From assembly GCA_042571305.1 (NCBI GenBank), contig JBHPHS010000002.1:1-55194 (forward strand): a DNA stretch of 55,194 nt. The letters are read 5' to 3'. Numbering within the stretch: the stretch's first letter is position 1; each line of letters starts with the position of its first letter. The stretch is from Patescibacteria group bacterium (GTDB lineage Bacteria > Patescibacteriota > Microgenomatia > UBA8517). The translations under genes were made by a program, and so were the position numbers. The notes under the pieces were generated by a model. It had not been told where the DNA came from. It saw only the letters and a program-made list of their open reading frames with translations, and made no database searches. This document shows positions 9,246 to 19,238 of the stretch, piece after piece.

Positions 9246-10601
9246 GTGAAGAAAACCTACTTGTTTTTAGCCATCCTTATAGGAGCTCACTTGTTTTTGC
9301 TTTTAAATCTTCGTTTCACCCCGTGGCCTGAAATGTTATCTTACCCTTATTTATTTTCGAAAGGCTATGTTCTTTATAAGGATTTTGTTGTTCCATACCC
9401 TCCGTTTTTGGTATTGTTGCTATCTTGTGTCTATAAACTTTTCGGTTACCAAATCATAGTTTTGAAAGTATTTACTTGGATACTAATTTTGTTATCCGAT
9501 ATTATTATTTACAAAATAACAAAGATAATTACTAAAAAAGATTTATTTTCTTTGCTTGCAGTTTCTTTTTTTGTTCTTACTCAACCCTTTCTTGAAGGGA
9601 ACATGCTTTGGTTTGATACTTTCTTGGTGTTGCCAGTTCTTCTTGGTGTTTATTTTCTATTGAAAAAAGGTTTTGTAATAAATCTTTTCCTTGCCGGTAT
9701 TTTTCTTACAATATCTCTTTTTAGTAAACAAACCGCGATTTTTTATGTTTTAATTGCCTCAATTTTAGTATTTTTGAGGAATAAAAAATTAAAAGAGGTA
9801 ATTATTCTACTTACCCCATCCATAATATTTGGATTGTTGTTATTGGGATATCTCCTACAAACTGGTAGTGTAGATGTTTTTATTAACTGGAATTTGATAT
9901 ATCCTTTTACCTACTGGGGAAAGTACCCAAGTTATTTGCAACTTCAACTAGGCAGAGTTGATTGGTTAATATTGGCTGGTTTGGCTGCTCCTGCGATAGT
10001 GATGTTTAGGAAATATAAGTTAGTATTTTGGATATTCTTAGGGAGTTTACTTGCGGTTTACCCAAGGTTTTCCTACTACCATTTGGCTGTTGGAATAGCT
10101 CTTTGGTCAATTTGTGTAGGTGTTTTATTAAATAATTATTCAAAGAAAAGGTTAATTATGATGGCTGTTTTAATCTTTTTGTTATTCTTTTACTGGTTTC
10201 GAGTAAGAACTATTTTGGACTGGGATTGGAGGGTGGATGATAGATTTTATGACCCGTCCGATATACAGATTGCGAAAGATATTAATTCTAGCAAAGAACA
10301 GAAAGGAAGTATTTATTTGGCAAATATTCACTCGGGTGTTTATGCATATGCGCAAGTTTTGCCCCCTAAGCCTTGGTATGATAATTATGGTTGGTATTTA
10401 GAAATCCCCGGTCAACAGGAAAAAGTTACTAAGTCGTGGGAAGGAAATCCACCCGAGGAAATATATTGGAAAGATGAGCTAAAAGGGGAGTGGTACTTAC
10501 CGGGTGTGTATAGGCCAAAAGATATTTATTATTGGGTGAGGGAGAACTATACAAAGGAGAAGGAAGTAACAAATGGTGTTTGGCTTTGGAAGAAAAAATA
10601 A
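9246..10601 (+). CDS. Polytopic membrane protein, putative GT-C fold glycosyltransferase
   Basis: 451 aa with a GTG start at 9246. About 10 TM helices are followed by a ~130-aa Trp/Tyr-rich soluble tail. Confidence 0.6.
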   Translation: MKKTYLFLAILIGAHLFLLLNLRFTPWPEMLSYPYLFSKGYVLYKDFVVPYPPFLVLLLSCVYKLFGYQIIVLKVFTWILILLSDIIIYKITKIITKKDLFSLLAVSFFVLTQPFLEGNMLWFDTFLVLPVLLGVYFLLKKGFVINLFLAGIFLTISLFSKQTAIFYVLIASILVFLRNKKLKEVIILLTPSIIFGLLLLGYLLQTGSVDVFINWNLIYPFTYWGKYPSYLQLQLGRVDWLILAGLAAPAIVMFRKYKLVFWIFLGSLLAVYPRFSYYHLAVGIALWSICVGVLLNNYSKKRLIMMAVLIFLLFFYWFRVRTILDWDWRVDDRFYDPSDIQIAKDINSSKEQKGSIYLANIHSGVYAYAQVLPPKPWYDNYGWYLEIPGQQEKVTKSWEGNPPEEIYWKDELKGEWYLPGVYRPKDIYYWVRENYTKEKEVTNGVWLWKKK

Positions 10602-11530
10602 TGAAAATTATATTTTTAAATAAATATCAGAACAAGGTAAGCCGCGGTGCTGAAACATTTGTTAACGAGCTATCAAAAAGACTAGCAATAGAAAATGAAG
10701 TTGAGGTTATTTCAAAGATAAATTATATGAAACTTCTTTTTAGTAACTTTGACGTCATTGTTCCTATCAATGGGAGACTTCAGGTTTTCTTGGTTAGATT
10801 AATATCTTTGATTAAGGGTGCCAAAATGATTGTTTCAGGCCAGTCTGGGATGGGCCTTGACGACAGAGTTAATCTTTATGCATTTCCCGATGTTTTCGTA
10901 GCAATTTCGTCAAAAGCTAAAGAATGGGCAAAGACAATTAACCCCCTTGTAAAAACAGTGTATATCCCAAACGGGGTAGATCTTAATAAATTCAACAATA
11001 AAGGTTCAAAAATAAAGATTTACTTAAAACCACCAATTATTCTTTATGTTGGTGCTATAGATAAACAAAAGCGGGTTGATTTAGCCGTAAAAGCTGTATC
11101 CAAACTTAAAAAAGGTTCTCTTGTGTTGGTGGGTAGGGGAAAGTGGGAAAAAACTATTCAAAAACTTGGAGAAAAGATGCTACCGGGTAGGTTTAAAATG
11201 ATGTCCTTTCTCCATAGGGACATGCCGAAGGTTTATAAAAGTGCAGACTTATTTACTTTTCCTACAGTTTCTTGGGAATCTTTTGGTATAGTACTTGTTG
11301 AAGCAATGGCATCTGGCCTTCCTGTTGTTACTAACAATGATCAAATAAGAAAAGGGATTGTGGGGCAGGCAGGTGAGTTTGTTGATCCAACAGATACGGA
11401 TTTATATGCGGATAAAATAGAAAAATCTTTAAAAAAAGATTGGGGTGATAAACCAAGAAAACAGGCAGAAAAGTTTGATTGGGATAAAATAGCAAAGGAG
11501 TATGAAGCATTATGCAAGTCTCTATTATAA
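10601..11530 (+). CDS. GT4 family glycosyltransferase
   Basis: The C-terminal EX7E-type motif ESFGIVLVEAMASGLPVVTNN is present. I place the start at ATG 10601 (MKIIFLNKYQ), which forms a TAATG overlap with the upstream stop, rather than at the ORF-track 10532. Confidence 0.85.
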   Translation: MKIIFLNKYQNKVSRGAETFVNELSKRLAIENEVEVISKINYMKLLFSNFDVIVPINGRLQVFLVRLISLIKGAKMIVSGQSGMGLDDRVNLYAFPDVFVAISSKAKEWAKTINPLVKTVYIPNGVDLNKFNNKGSKIKIYLKPPIILYVGAIDKQKRVDLAVKAVSKLKKGSLVLVGRGKWEKTIQKLGEKMLPGRFKMMSFLHRDMPKVYKSADLFTFPTVSWESFGIVLVEAMASGLPVVTNNDQIRKGIVGQAGEFVDPTDTDLYADKIEKSLKKDWGDKPRKQAEKFDWDKIAKEYEALCKSLL

Positions 11531-12351
11531 TTCCAACATACAATGAGGGTAGAAACCTTGTAGATTGTGTTGAGTCTTTAGGTAATCAGACCTACAGTGA
11601 TTTTGAAATTATTGTGGTCGATGACGGATCAACCGATGAAACTTTGAAAGTGTTAGAAAATCTAAAAAAGACAATTCCTAATTTTAAATACTTCAAACAA
11701 AAACACAAGGGTGCAGGGGAGGCAAGGAATTTAGGGGTAAAGCACGCAAAGTGTATGATTTTGGCTTTTGTCGATGCGGATATGACTTTTGATAAGGATT
11801 TTATAAAAAATCTTGTTAAGCCAATTAAAGAAGGAAAGGTAAAAGGAACATTTAGTAGAAAGGAGTATGTGGCAAATTGGGATAATGTTTGGGCTAAGTG
11901 TTGGAACATTAATCAAGGGTGGCAGGAGAGGATGCGACATCCAGCAAATTATCCTAATAAACAAAAGGTTTTTAGAGCTATTCTAAGAAGCGAGTTTGAA
12001 AAAGTTGATGGGTTTGACCCTGGGTATGGGTATGTGGATGACTGGTCTTTGTCAGACAAGCTTGGTTATCAGGCGGAAGTAGCTAATGGTGCTATCTTTT
12101 ATCACAAAAATCCAGAGAGTTTAGAAGAAGTTTTTAAGCAGGCTAGGTGGGTAGGAAAGCGTCCTTATAAAATGGGCCTATTAGGAGCCGTTTATGCGCT
12201 TCTAAGAGCATCTTTACTTGTTTCTTTGATTATTGGTGTATACAAATCAATTAGCCATAAAACGTTCCTGTTTTTAGTCTTTAAACCCATATATGACATG
12301 GGAGTATTTATTGGAATTTTGCAATATTTGTTGGGTAAAACATCCAAATGA
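11512..12351 (+). CDS. Membrane-anchored GT2 glycosyltransferase (polyprenyl-phosphate sugar synthase-like, GtrB/ArnC style)
   Basis: VSIIIPTYNEGRNLVDCVESLGNQTYSDFEIIVVDDGSTDET and AFVDADM are present, plus C-terminal hydrophobic helices. AAGGAG lies upstream, and there is an ATGA overlap with the following GT-C gene. Confidence 0.8.
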   Translation: MQVSIIIPTYNEGRNLVDCVESLGNQTYSDFEIIVVDDGSTDETLKVLENLKKTIPNFKYFKQKHKGAGEARNLGVKHAKCMILAFVDADMTFDKDFIKNLVKPIKEGKVKGTFSRKEYVANWDNVWAKCWNINQGWQERMRHPANYPNKQKVFRAILRSEFEKVDGFDPGYGYVDDWSLSDKLGYQAEVANGAIFYHKNPESLEEVFKQARWVGKRPYKMGLLGAVYALLRASLLVSLIIGVYKSISHKTFLFLVFKPIYDMGVFIGILQYLLGKTSK

Positions 12352-13709
12352 TTTATATTATTCTTGTTTTTGGACTCATTATTAGGTTGATTTCAATTAA
12401 TCAGTCTCTTTGGCTTGATGAAGCAACGAGTGCCTTGGTTACCCGAATGCCTTGGATACAAATTTTTAGTAAGTTTCTTCCTGGTGATTTTCATCCACCC
12501 TTTTACTATTTGCTTCTTAAAGCTTGGTCTAGTCTTTTTGGTACAGGCGAAATTACATTAAGGGTTCCATCTGTGATATTTGGAGTAGTTACCATATATC
12601 TGGTTTATTTAATTACCAAGGACTTATTTAATAAAAAGGCAGCTTTCATTTCTTCTTTGCTATTGGCGACATCGGGACTTCATGTCTACTACTCTCAGGA
12701 AGCAAGAATGTACAGCCTGGCAGCTTTTCTTACTGCTTTGTCAGTATTTTCATTCGTGAAAACTCTTAAGAGGGGAACAAGAGGGGATTGGGTGCTGTTT
12801 ACTTTGTCAATTGTATTTTTGTTTCTTACGGATTACTTAGCTGTGTTAATTTTACCTGCATATTGGATATATGTAGCAAAGAATAAAAAACAAAAATCTT
12901 ACCTAAAAAGATTTGTTACGTCGCACATTATATTAGTTCTTGTTGTTCTTTCATGGCTTCCTACTTTTGCTAAACAGCTATCCTTGGGATTTTCTGTTAG
13001 TACCACTTCCCCATCATGGTGGAATATTTTGGGTTTAACTAACCTAAAAAATATTTTACTTATTCCTATTAAGTTTATGATAGGGAGGGTCAGCTTTTAC
13101 AATAAAAGTATTTACGGGCTCGTTGTTGGTGGATCTGCACTTATTTTTGGGTATCCCCTTTTGAAATCTTTATCAAATAAAAAGCCAAAACTTATTTGGT
13201 TGTGGCTTGCCGTTCCTACTATTTTTGCGATTATCTTGGGTATTAAAATTTCTATTCTTTCTTACTTTAGGTTGCTTTTTGTGTTACCAGCCTTTTATGT
13301 TTTGGTTGCATACGGTATAACCTATTTAAAAAAACCATGGATAAGCATCTTTGTGTGTCTTGTTATAGCTTTAAACATATTAACTACAAGCTACTATTTA
13401 TTTAACACCCGTTTTCATCGTGAGGATTGGAGGTTAGCGGCAGAGATTATCGATAATCAAACAATAGTTTTTCCATCAGACTTTCAGAAGGAAGCACTTA
13501 CCTACTACAAAAAGGCTGATAATATAGTAAATATAAACAATTTTACAGCAGGTGCTCAAGCTGTTTGGTTATCTAGGTATGTTTGGCAGGTAGCGGATGC
13601 CGACAACTTAGCGGTGAGTAAACTTAAGAGCTTGGGATATAATAAGGTTTCAGAAGCCGATTTTAACGGGGTTGTTTTTTGGAAATACGAATATGAAAAT
13701 AGCAATTGA
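12348..13709 (+). CDS. GT-C fold glycosyltransferase (PMT_2 / ArnT-like)
   Basis: IRLISINQSLWLDEATSALV...DFHPPFYYLLLKAWSSLFGTGEITLRVPSVIFGVVTIYLVYLITKDLF is the classic PMT_2/ArnT N-terminal pattern. Multiple TM helices are followed by a soluble tail. Confidence 0.8.
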   Translation: MIYIILVFGLIIRLISINQSLWLDEATSALVTRMPWIQIFSKFLPGDFHPPFYYLLLKAWSSLFGTGEITLRVPSVIFGVVTIYLVYLITKDLFNKKAAFISSLLLATSGLHVYYSQEARMYSLAAFLTALSVFSFVKTLKRGTRGDWVLFTLSIVFLFLTDYLAVLILPAYWIYVAKNKKQKSYLKRFVTSHIILVLVVLSWLPTFAKQLSLGFSVSTTSPSWWNILGLTNLKNILLIPIKFMIGRVSFYNKSIYGLVVGGSALIFGYPLLKSLSNKKPKLIWLWLAVPTIFAIILGIKISILSYFRLLFVLPAFYVLVAYGITYLKKPWISIFVCLVIALNILTTSYYLFNTRFHREDWRLAAEIIDNQTIVFPSDFQKEALTYYKKADNIVNINNFTAGAQAVWLSRYVWQVADADNLAVSKLKSLGYNKVSEADFNGVVFWKYEYENSN

Positions 13710-14745
13710 TATAAGCCAGGTTATCTACGGAACGGGAGTTTCTGTTTATACAAAATATCTTATAAAAAACCTTCTTAAGATTGACAAAGAGAACGAATAT
13801 GTTCTTTTTGGAGGATCATTAAGAAGAAAACAAGATATTTTAGATATATTTCCATCAAGTATGGTCTTTTCCTTTCCACCCAAGTTAGCAGACTTAGTTT
13901 GGAACCGTTTGCATATACTGCCTTTAGAGAGGTTCATAGGAAAAGTTGACGTATACCACTCTTCTGACTGGGCCCAAGCTCCTGCTAATGCTTTTAAGGT
14001 AACAACGGTACATGATCTTATTCCTTTAAAGTTTCCAAGAATGATTCACTCAAGTGTTGTTGAAGCTCATAGAAGAAGACTTAACAGGGTAAAACAAGAA
14101 GTTGACAGAATAATAGTTCCTTCTTTGGCAACAAAAAAAGATTTGATTGAAATAGGTGTAAGAGAGGAAAAAATAAGAGTAACACCGGAGGCAAGCTCCA
14201 TTAAACCCGCAACCAAAAAAGAGGTAGAGATAATTAAAAGAAAGCATAATATCTCAGGGGAGTATCTATTGGCGATTTCATCTGTTTTTTACAAAAACAC
14301 CGAGAGTGTAGTTAAAGCTTTTGATTTATCATCTGCCGGAAAGGATTTAAAACTAGTGATAGTTGGTAGACAAAGTAATACCCAAATAGGCCAAAGAAGG
14401 GGTGTTAGGTTGACAGGATTTGTTGGCAACAGCGAATACGCGGCACTTTGTACTGGTGCAAAGGTACTTGTTTTTCCTTCCTTGTATGAAGGTTTTGGAA
14501 TACCAATATTAGATGCATTTGTTTGTGGGACACCGGTTGTAACTTCAAACATTTCCTCAATGCCTGAGGTGGCAGGAGATGCAGCTGTTTTGGTGGATCC
14601 GTATGAAATTCAATCAATTGCTGACGGAATTAAAAAAGCTTTATCATCTCCAAAGGCTTTAATAGCAAAAGGAAAAAAGCAAGCAATTAAGTTTTCTTGG
14701 AGAAACACAGCAGAAGAAACTCTAAGTGTTTATAAAGAATCTTAA
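13693..14745 (+). CDS. GT4 family glycosyltransferase
   Basis: MKIAIDISQVIYGTGVSVYT start and EGFGIPILDAFVCGTPVVTSN motif. The start is moved from the ORF-track 13672 to ATG 13693. Confidence 0.85.
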   Translation: MKIAIDISQVIYGTGVSVYTKYLIKNLLKIDKENEYVLFGGSLRRKQDILDIFPSSMVFSFPPKLADLVWNRLHILPLERFIGKVDVYHSSDWAQAPANAFKVTTVHDLIPLKFPRMIHSSVVEAHRRRLNRVKQEVDRIIVPSLATKKDLIEIGVREEKIRVTPEASSIKPATKKEVEIIKRKHNISGEYLLAISSVFYKNTESVVKAFDLSSAGKDLKLVIVGRQSNTQIGQRRGVRLTGFVGNSEYAALCTGAKVLVFPSLYEGFGIPILDAFVCGTPVVTSNISSMPEVAGDAAVLVDPYEIQSIADGIKKALSSPKALIAKGKKQAIKFSWRNTAEETLSVYKES

Positions 14746-14750
14746 AATAT

Positions 14751-15881
14751 ATGATTATTGGAATTGATGGAAACGAAGCAAACATAAAAGACAGGGTGGG
14801 TGTAAACATGTATGCTTTTGAGCTATTATGTTCTATAAGTAAGCTTCAAAAAGAGTGGGACAAAAAATATAAGCTTATAGTATACCTTAAAAATCCACCG
14901 CTTCCTGATATGCCCGAACAAAACTCAAACTTCAAATACAGAATTTTACCAGGAGGAGGTTTTTGGATAATAACCAAACTTATGCCAGATCTATTTTTAG
15001 GTAAGGCTCGTCCCGACATATTTTTTTCGCCTAGTCACTATATTCCTCCATTTGCGCCCATGCCTAGAGTTTGCTCAATTATGGATCTTGGATACCTCAA
15101 GTTTTCGGGGCAATTTAGAAAGAAGGACTTTTGGCAATTAAAACTCTGGACTGCTATGTCTATTTTTTCATCCAAAGCAGTAATAGCAATTTCAGAAAGC
15201 ACTAGGGACGACATTGTACGACACTACCCATTTGCAGTACGGAAAACACACATTACATCTCTTGGATATGACCAAAGTAAATTTGGTAAGAGTGTGTCGC
15301 AAAAAGAAATTCAAAAAGTCAAAAAAAGATACTCCATAGCATACGACTATATTCTTTACTTAGGCACACTAAAACCCAGTAAAAATGTTGAAGGCTTAAT
15401 TGAGGCATACAAAACACTAATTACTTCCCATCCTGAGATTTTGCTTGTAATCGCAGGCAAAAAAGGTTGGCTCTACGATACAATTTTTAAAAAGGTAAAA
15501 AAATTAGGGCTTGAAGGTAAAGTTATCTTTACCGGTTTTGTTAGTGAGAAAGATAAACCAGCTATTATTAAAGGCGCTAAGGTTTTTGTTTTACCCTCTT
15601 TCTGGGAAGGTTTTGGTCTGGACGTTTTATCAGCAATGGCCTGCGGTGTGCCGGTTATAGTTTCTAACGTCGGGTCACTACCTGAGGTTGTCGGAAATGC
15701 AGGATATTTTATTGATCCAAAAAGCTCAGATGATATTGCAGACAAATTAAAGAAGGTTCTAACGTTGGATAAATTTGAGTATAATAAAGTGGTTGAGAAA
15801 GGCGTTTCTAAAGCACAAAAGTTCTCTTGGGAGGAAACCGCCAGGAAAACTATAGCAATAATTGAAAATGTTTGTCGATAA
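14751..15881 (+). CDS. GT4 family glycosyltransferase
   Basis: [30 protein letters not shown] motif and typical GT-B length. Confidence 0.9.
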   Translation: MIIGIDGNEANIKDRVGVNMYAFELLCSISKLQKEWDKKYKLIVYLKNPPLPDMPEQNSNFKYRILPGGGFWIITKLMPDLFLGKARPDIFFSPSHYIPPFAPMPRVCSIMDLGYLKFSGQFRKKDFWQLKLWTAMSIFSSKAVIAISESTRDDIVRHYPFAVRKTHITSLGYDQSKFGKSVSQKEIQKVKKRYSIAYDYILYLGTLKPSKNVEGLIEAYKTLITSHPEILLVIAGKKGWLYDTIFKKVKKLGLEGKVIFTGFVSEKDKPAIIKGAKVFVLPSFWEGFGLDVLSAMACGVPVIVSNVGSLPEVVGNAGYFIDPKSSDDIADKLKKVLTLDKFEYNKVVEKGVSKAQKFSWEETARKTIAIIENVCR

Positions 15882-16464
15882 AACAGGGAGAAAACTAACC
15901 TTTAAGGAGGCACTGCCAAAAATAGTAAATCGTTTTAGCAATTGCTTTTTGGATTTTGAGCTAATGCTACTAAGGTGGGTAGGACATGTACCAAGTCATC
16001 TTTTCAGAAATACTATTTACAAACTTGCTGGGGTAAAGTTGGGTAAGGGATCGACAATTCATATGTGGGCTAATTTTTTTCAACCGAAAAATATTGAAAT
16101 TGGGAAAGACTCAATCATTGGTGACCATGCTTTCTTGGATGGTAGAGCCAAGCTAATAATAGGAGACCATGTTGATATTGCGTCATCTGTGATGATTTAT
16201 AATTCCGAACATGATTTATTAAAAGACGACTTCTCTGCCAGGGAAGAATCTGTCGAAATTGGGGACTATGTATTTATCGGTCCCCGAGCAATTATTCTTC
16301 CAGGAGTAAAAATCGGGAAAGGTGCAATTGTTGCGGCAGGCGCAGTTGTTACAAGGGATGTTTCTGATTTATTAATAGTTGGTGGAGTTCCTGCAAAAGA
16401 CATTGGTGAAAGGAAGAATAAAAATCTAAATTATAAACTTGGACGTGCCAGACTTTTTCAATGA
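15862..16464 (+). CDS. Left-handed beta-helix (hexapeptide repeat) acetyltransferase
   Basis: Hexapeptide repeats are visible in [37 protein letters not shown]...[33 protein letters not shown]. Confidence 0.8.
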   Translation: MKMFVDKTGRKLTFKEALPKIVNRFSNCFLDFELMLLRWVGHVPSHLFRNTIYKLAGVKLGKGSTIHMWANFFQPKNIEIGKDSIIGDHAFLDGRAKLIIGDHVDIASSVMIYNSEHDLLKDDFSAREESVEIGDYVFIGPRAIILPGVKIGKGAIVAAGAVVTRDVSDLLIVGGVPAKDIGERKNKNLNYKLGRARLFQ

Positions 16465-16973
16465 AGAGACTTTGTTATATTTTACTTTTTGCTATTTATT
16501 TTCTATTAGTTGTTTATATAACCCTTCCGAGCCCTGCATTTCCTGATCCACCTGATGACTCTATACAGTCCCACGAGCCTGCAGACAGTGAAGATCCGCT
16601 AAGACGTGCCTACTTTACGAATTTCAACCGTGATGAGGTAATCAGTCATTATAAGTCAGAATTTAGCCTAAAGTTTAAGCTTCCATCCCTAGTTTTAAAC
16701 TACCCACCTGAAGAGGCACAAACTATTATTAGAGTTCAAACAAGAAGCACTTTTTTGCAAGAAATAGTTCATCCATTTAGAGAAAGTATTTATATAAATG
16801 GTTTTGAACCAAGCAGTCCTAAGGATGCAATTAACATTGAAGGACGTGCATGGCGTCAAAAAATAATTATTAGATATATTCCAAGCAGTCTGATTGTCAG
16901 ACTTATTGCCACCTTATCCACAATTGCTGTTTCATGGCTGTTAATAAAGGAGATTACAAAATGGAAAAAATAG
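16461..16973 (+). CDS. Hypothetical protein with N- and C-terminal TM helices
   Basis: 170-aa ORF translationally coupled on both sides (ATGA overlap upstream). I recognise no family. Confidence 0.55.
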   Translation: MKRLCYILLFAIYFLLVVYITLPSPAFPDPPDDSIQSHEPADSEDPLRRAYFTNFNRDEVISHYKSEFSLKFKLPSLVLNYPPEEAQTIIRVQTRSTFLQEIVHPFRESIYINGFEPSSPKDAINIEGRAWRQKIIIRYIPSSLIVRLIATLSTIAVSWLLIKEITKWKK

Positions 16974-17881
16974 ATTTATCGATAGTAATCGTAAATTATA
17001 AATCTAAGGATTATTTGAAAAAATGTCTTATCTCTGTTTTTAAATCCTTAAAAGGAATTAATACAGAAATATTTGTAGTTGAAAATGACTCTCAAGATGG
17101 ATCATATGAGATGGTTGAAAAACATTTTCCAAAAGTTAACTTAATTGCTAGTCCGAATATGGGCTTTGGGGCGGGAAACAATATCGCTATGAAGAAAGCA
17201 AAGGGCAGGTATGTCTTACTGTTAAATCCCGATACCGAAATATTAAAGAAGGATATGTTTGCACAAATGATTTCTTGGATGGATACACACCCCAAGGTAG
17301 GTGTGTCATCTTGTTGCTTGTTAAATACCGATCGAAGCATTCAAGGAACGGGAGGATATTTTCCCACGTTATTTAGAGTTTTTGCTTGGATGTTATTTTT
17401 GGATGATATACCCTTTCTTGATAAACTGATTAAACCCTTTCATCCTATGCATCCCTGGTCGTTTCTATATTCTGGAGAGATACTGTTTAAGAAATCTCAT
17501 CAGCAAGACTGGGTAACCGGTGCATTCTATTTAATTAGAGGTAAAATATTAAAGACGGTAGGTTATTTTGATACTGACTTTTTTGCATATGTAGAAGAGG
17601 TTGAATATGCCAAAAGAATAAAAGATGCAGGTTGGGAGATATGGTACCTGCCTAGGTGGAAGATACTTCATCACGGTCAAGCTTCTTCGAGCAGTGAGTA
17701 TGCCATGACTAGCGAGTACAAAGGTTTAATAACTTATTACAAAAAGCATGAACCACCATGGAAAATGCCAGTTTTAAGATTTTTCCTAAAGCTTGGGGCA
17801 GTTGTTAGGATTTTGCTTTTTGGTATATTAAAAGGTTCTAGGGTTTCAAAAGTATATGTTAAAGCATTTAAAACTGTCTGA
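16961..17881 (+). CDS. GT2 family glycosyltransferase (rhamnosyltransferase-like) with a C-terminal hydrophobic tail
   Basis: LSIVIVNYKSKDYLKKCLISV...VVENDSQDGS and LLLNPDTE motifs. The start is placed at ATG 16961 ([11 protein letters not shown]). Confidence 0.85.
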   Translation: MEKIDLSIVIVNYKSKDYLKKCLISVFKSLKGINTEIFVVENDSQDGSYEMVEKHFPKVNLIASPNMGFGAGNNIAMKKAKGRYVLLLNPDTEILKKDMFAQMISWMDTHPKVGVSSCCLLNTDRSIQGTGGYFPTLFRVFAWMLFLDDIPFLDKLIKPFHPMHPWSFLYSGEILFKKSHQQDWVTGAFYLIRGKILKTVGYFDTDFFAYVEEVEYAKRIKDAGWEIWYLPRWKILHHGQASSSSEYAMTSEYKGLITYYKKHEPPWKMPVLRFFLKLGAVVRILLFGILKGSRVSKVYVKAFKTV

Positions 17882-19238
17882 TCAACTGATTAAGTATTGG
17901 CTAGCGGCAATTTTCATATTTATTCCGCTTTATCCTAAGTTTCCATTTATTAGAATTCCCGGGACCTACGTAGCAATAAGGGTAGAAGATTTTCTTATAG
18001 CAATCCTTGCTGTTTTTGTTGCTATTAGGATAGCTCCTAGGCTGAAAGAGATATTTACAAAGGACAAGATTGTACGCTCAGTTACATTCTTATTGTTGAT
18101 TGGACTTGCATCTTTGGTTTCAGCAATTTTGGTTACAAAAACCATAACTCCCTATCTTGGAATATTACATTGGGTAAGAAGAATTGAATATTTTGTTCCA
18201 CTTATCGCAGGAATGTATATTTTTCGTAAGGAAAAAGGCAGGGCCAATTTGGAGTTTTACCTAAAAATTTTAATGGTTGTTGTTTTTTTTCTTTTTCTAT
18301 ATGGTTTTGGTCAAAAACACTTTAATTTTCCTGTAATAATCACTCAGAATGAGGAATATTCAAAAGGTATTGCCCTAAGGTGGATTCCTGGAAGCCATAT
18401 TAACTCAACCTTCGCCGGACACTATGACCTGGCAAGTTTTATGGTTATTGTTTTGCCAATTTTGGCAAGTTTATTTCTTCTTCTAAAAGGAATAAAAACT
18501 AAAGTTGCAATTTCAATTTCTTTTTTTGCGGGGCTTTGGCTTTTGGTTAACTCAGCCTCCAGAATTTCTCTTGTTTCTTATCTTTTGGCAACATCTATTG
18601 CATTCATCCTTATTAAAAAGAAGAAAGCAATTATTCCCCTTGTCTTAATTACCTTAATATTTTCAACTTTTTCAAGTGATCTGATAGCCAGATACAATCA
18701 GATAATTGATGTTGCGGTTAAAAAGATAACCTTGGTTCCAAAAGTAGTGCTGGCGCAAGATGAAAATACCCTTTTGCAGGCAAATCCCACAGTTTCTACC
18801 CCAACACCTACTCCTCAGCCTGTGTTTGAGGACAGGTCTACATCAATTCGACTAAATGTTGAATGGCCAAGGGCGATAAGGGGGTTTATAAAAAACCCGC
18901 TCGTTGGTACGGGTTATTCATCAATAACTCTGGCAACAGACAATGATTTTTTAAGGTTACTGGGAGAAATAGGGATTTTAGGCTTTGTCGGGTTTTTGCT
19001 TATACTATTTAGGATAGCTAAAGTTTTTGCCGAAGCTTGTAGTTGTTTAGAGAAGTTTTCAGCTATTAAAAGAGCATTTATTGCAGGAATGGTTGGAGGG
19101 AGTGTAGGAATTTTAACCAACGCATTTTTTATAGATATATTTGAAGCTTCTAAATTTGCAATTATCTTCTGGTTGTTGATAGGATACGGCATATATTTGG
19201 TTAAAACAGAACTAAATGAACAAAATAATGAAATCTGA
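17856..19238 (+). CDS. O-antigen ligase / Wzy-like polymerase family membrane protein
   Basis: About 10 TM helices. NSASRISLVSYLLATSIAF and a periplasmic loop followed by GTGYSSITLATDNDFLRLLGEIGILGF are typical of the Wzy_C/O-antigen ligase domain. Confidence 0.7.
   Translation: MLKHLKLSDQLIKYWLAAIFIFIPLYPKFPFIRIPGTYVAIRVEDFLIAILAVFVAIRIAPRLKEIFTKDKIVRSVTFLLLIGLASLVSAILVTKTITPYLGILHWVRRIEYFVPLIAGMYIFRKEKGRANLEFYLKILMVVVFFLFLYGFGQKHFNFPVIITQNEEYSKGIALRWIPGSHINSTFAGHYDLASFMVIVLPILASLFLLLKGIKTKVAISISFFAGLWLLVNSASRISLVSYLLATSIAFILIKKKKAIIPLVLITLIFSTFSSDLIARYNQIIDVAVKKITLVPKVVLAQDENTLLQANPTVSTPTPTPQPVFEDRSTSIRLNVEWPRAIRGFIKNPLVGTGYSSITLATDNDFLRLLGEIGILGFVGFLLILFRIAKVFAEACSCLEKFSAIKRAFIAGMVGGSVGILTNAFFIDIFEASKFAIIFWLLIGYGIYLVKTELNEQNNEI

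Noticed and set aside
10532-10600. N-terminal extensions given by the ORF track (10532, 13672, 16934, 20639, 34855, 45174, 53624, 32205)
   Set aside because: In each case the conserved family N-terminus begins at a downstream ATG or GTG that abuts or slightly overlaps the upstream stop. The extension overlaps the preceding gene or promoter elements and has no family similarity.
18780-18830. Thr/Pro-rich stretch (TVSTPTPTPQP) in the Wzy-like protein as a possible repeat or contingency locus
   Set aside because: At the DNA level it is not a perfect tandem repeat. It reads as a short extracytoplasmic linker, with nothing to suggest slippage.
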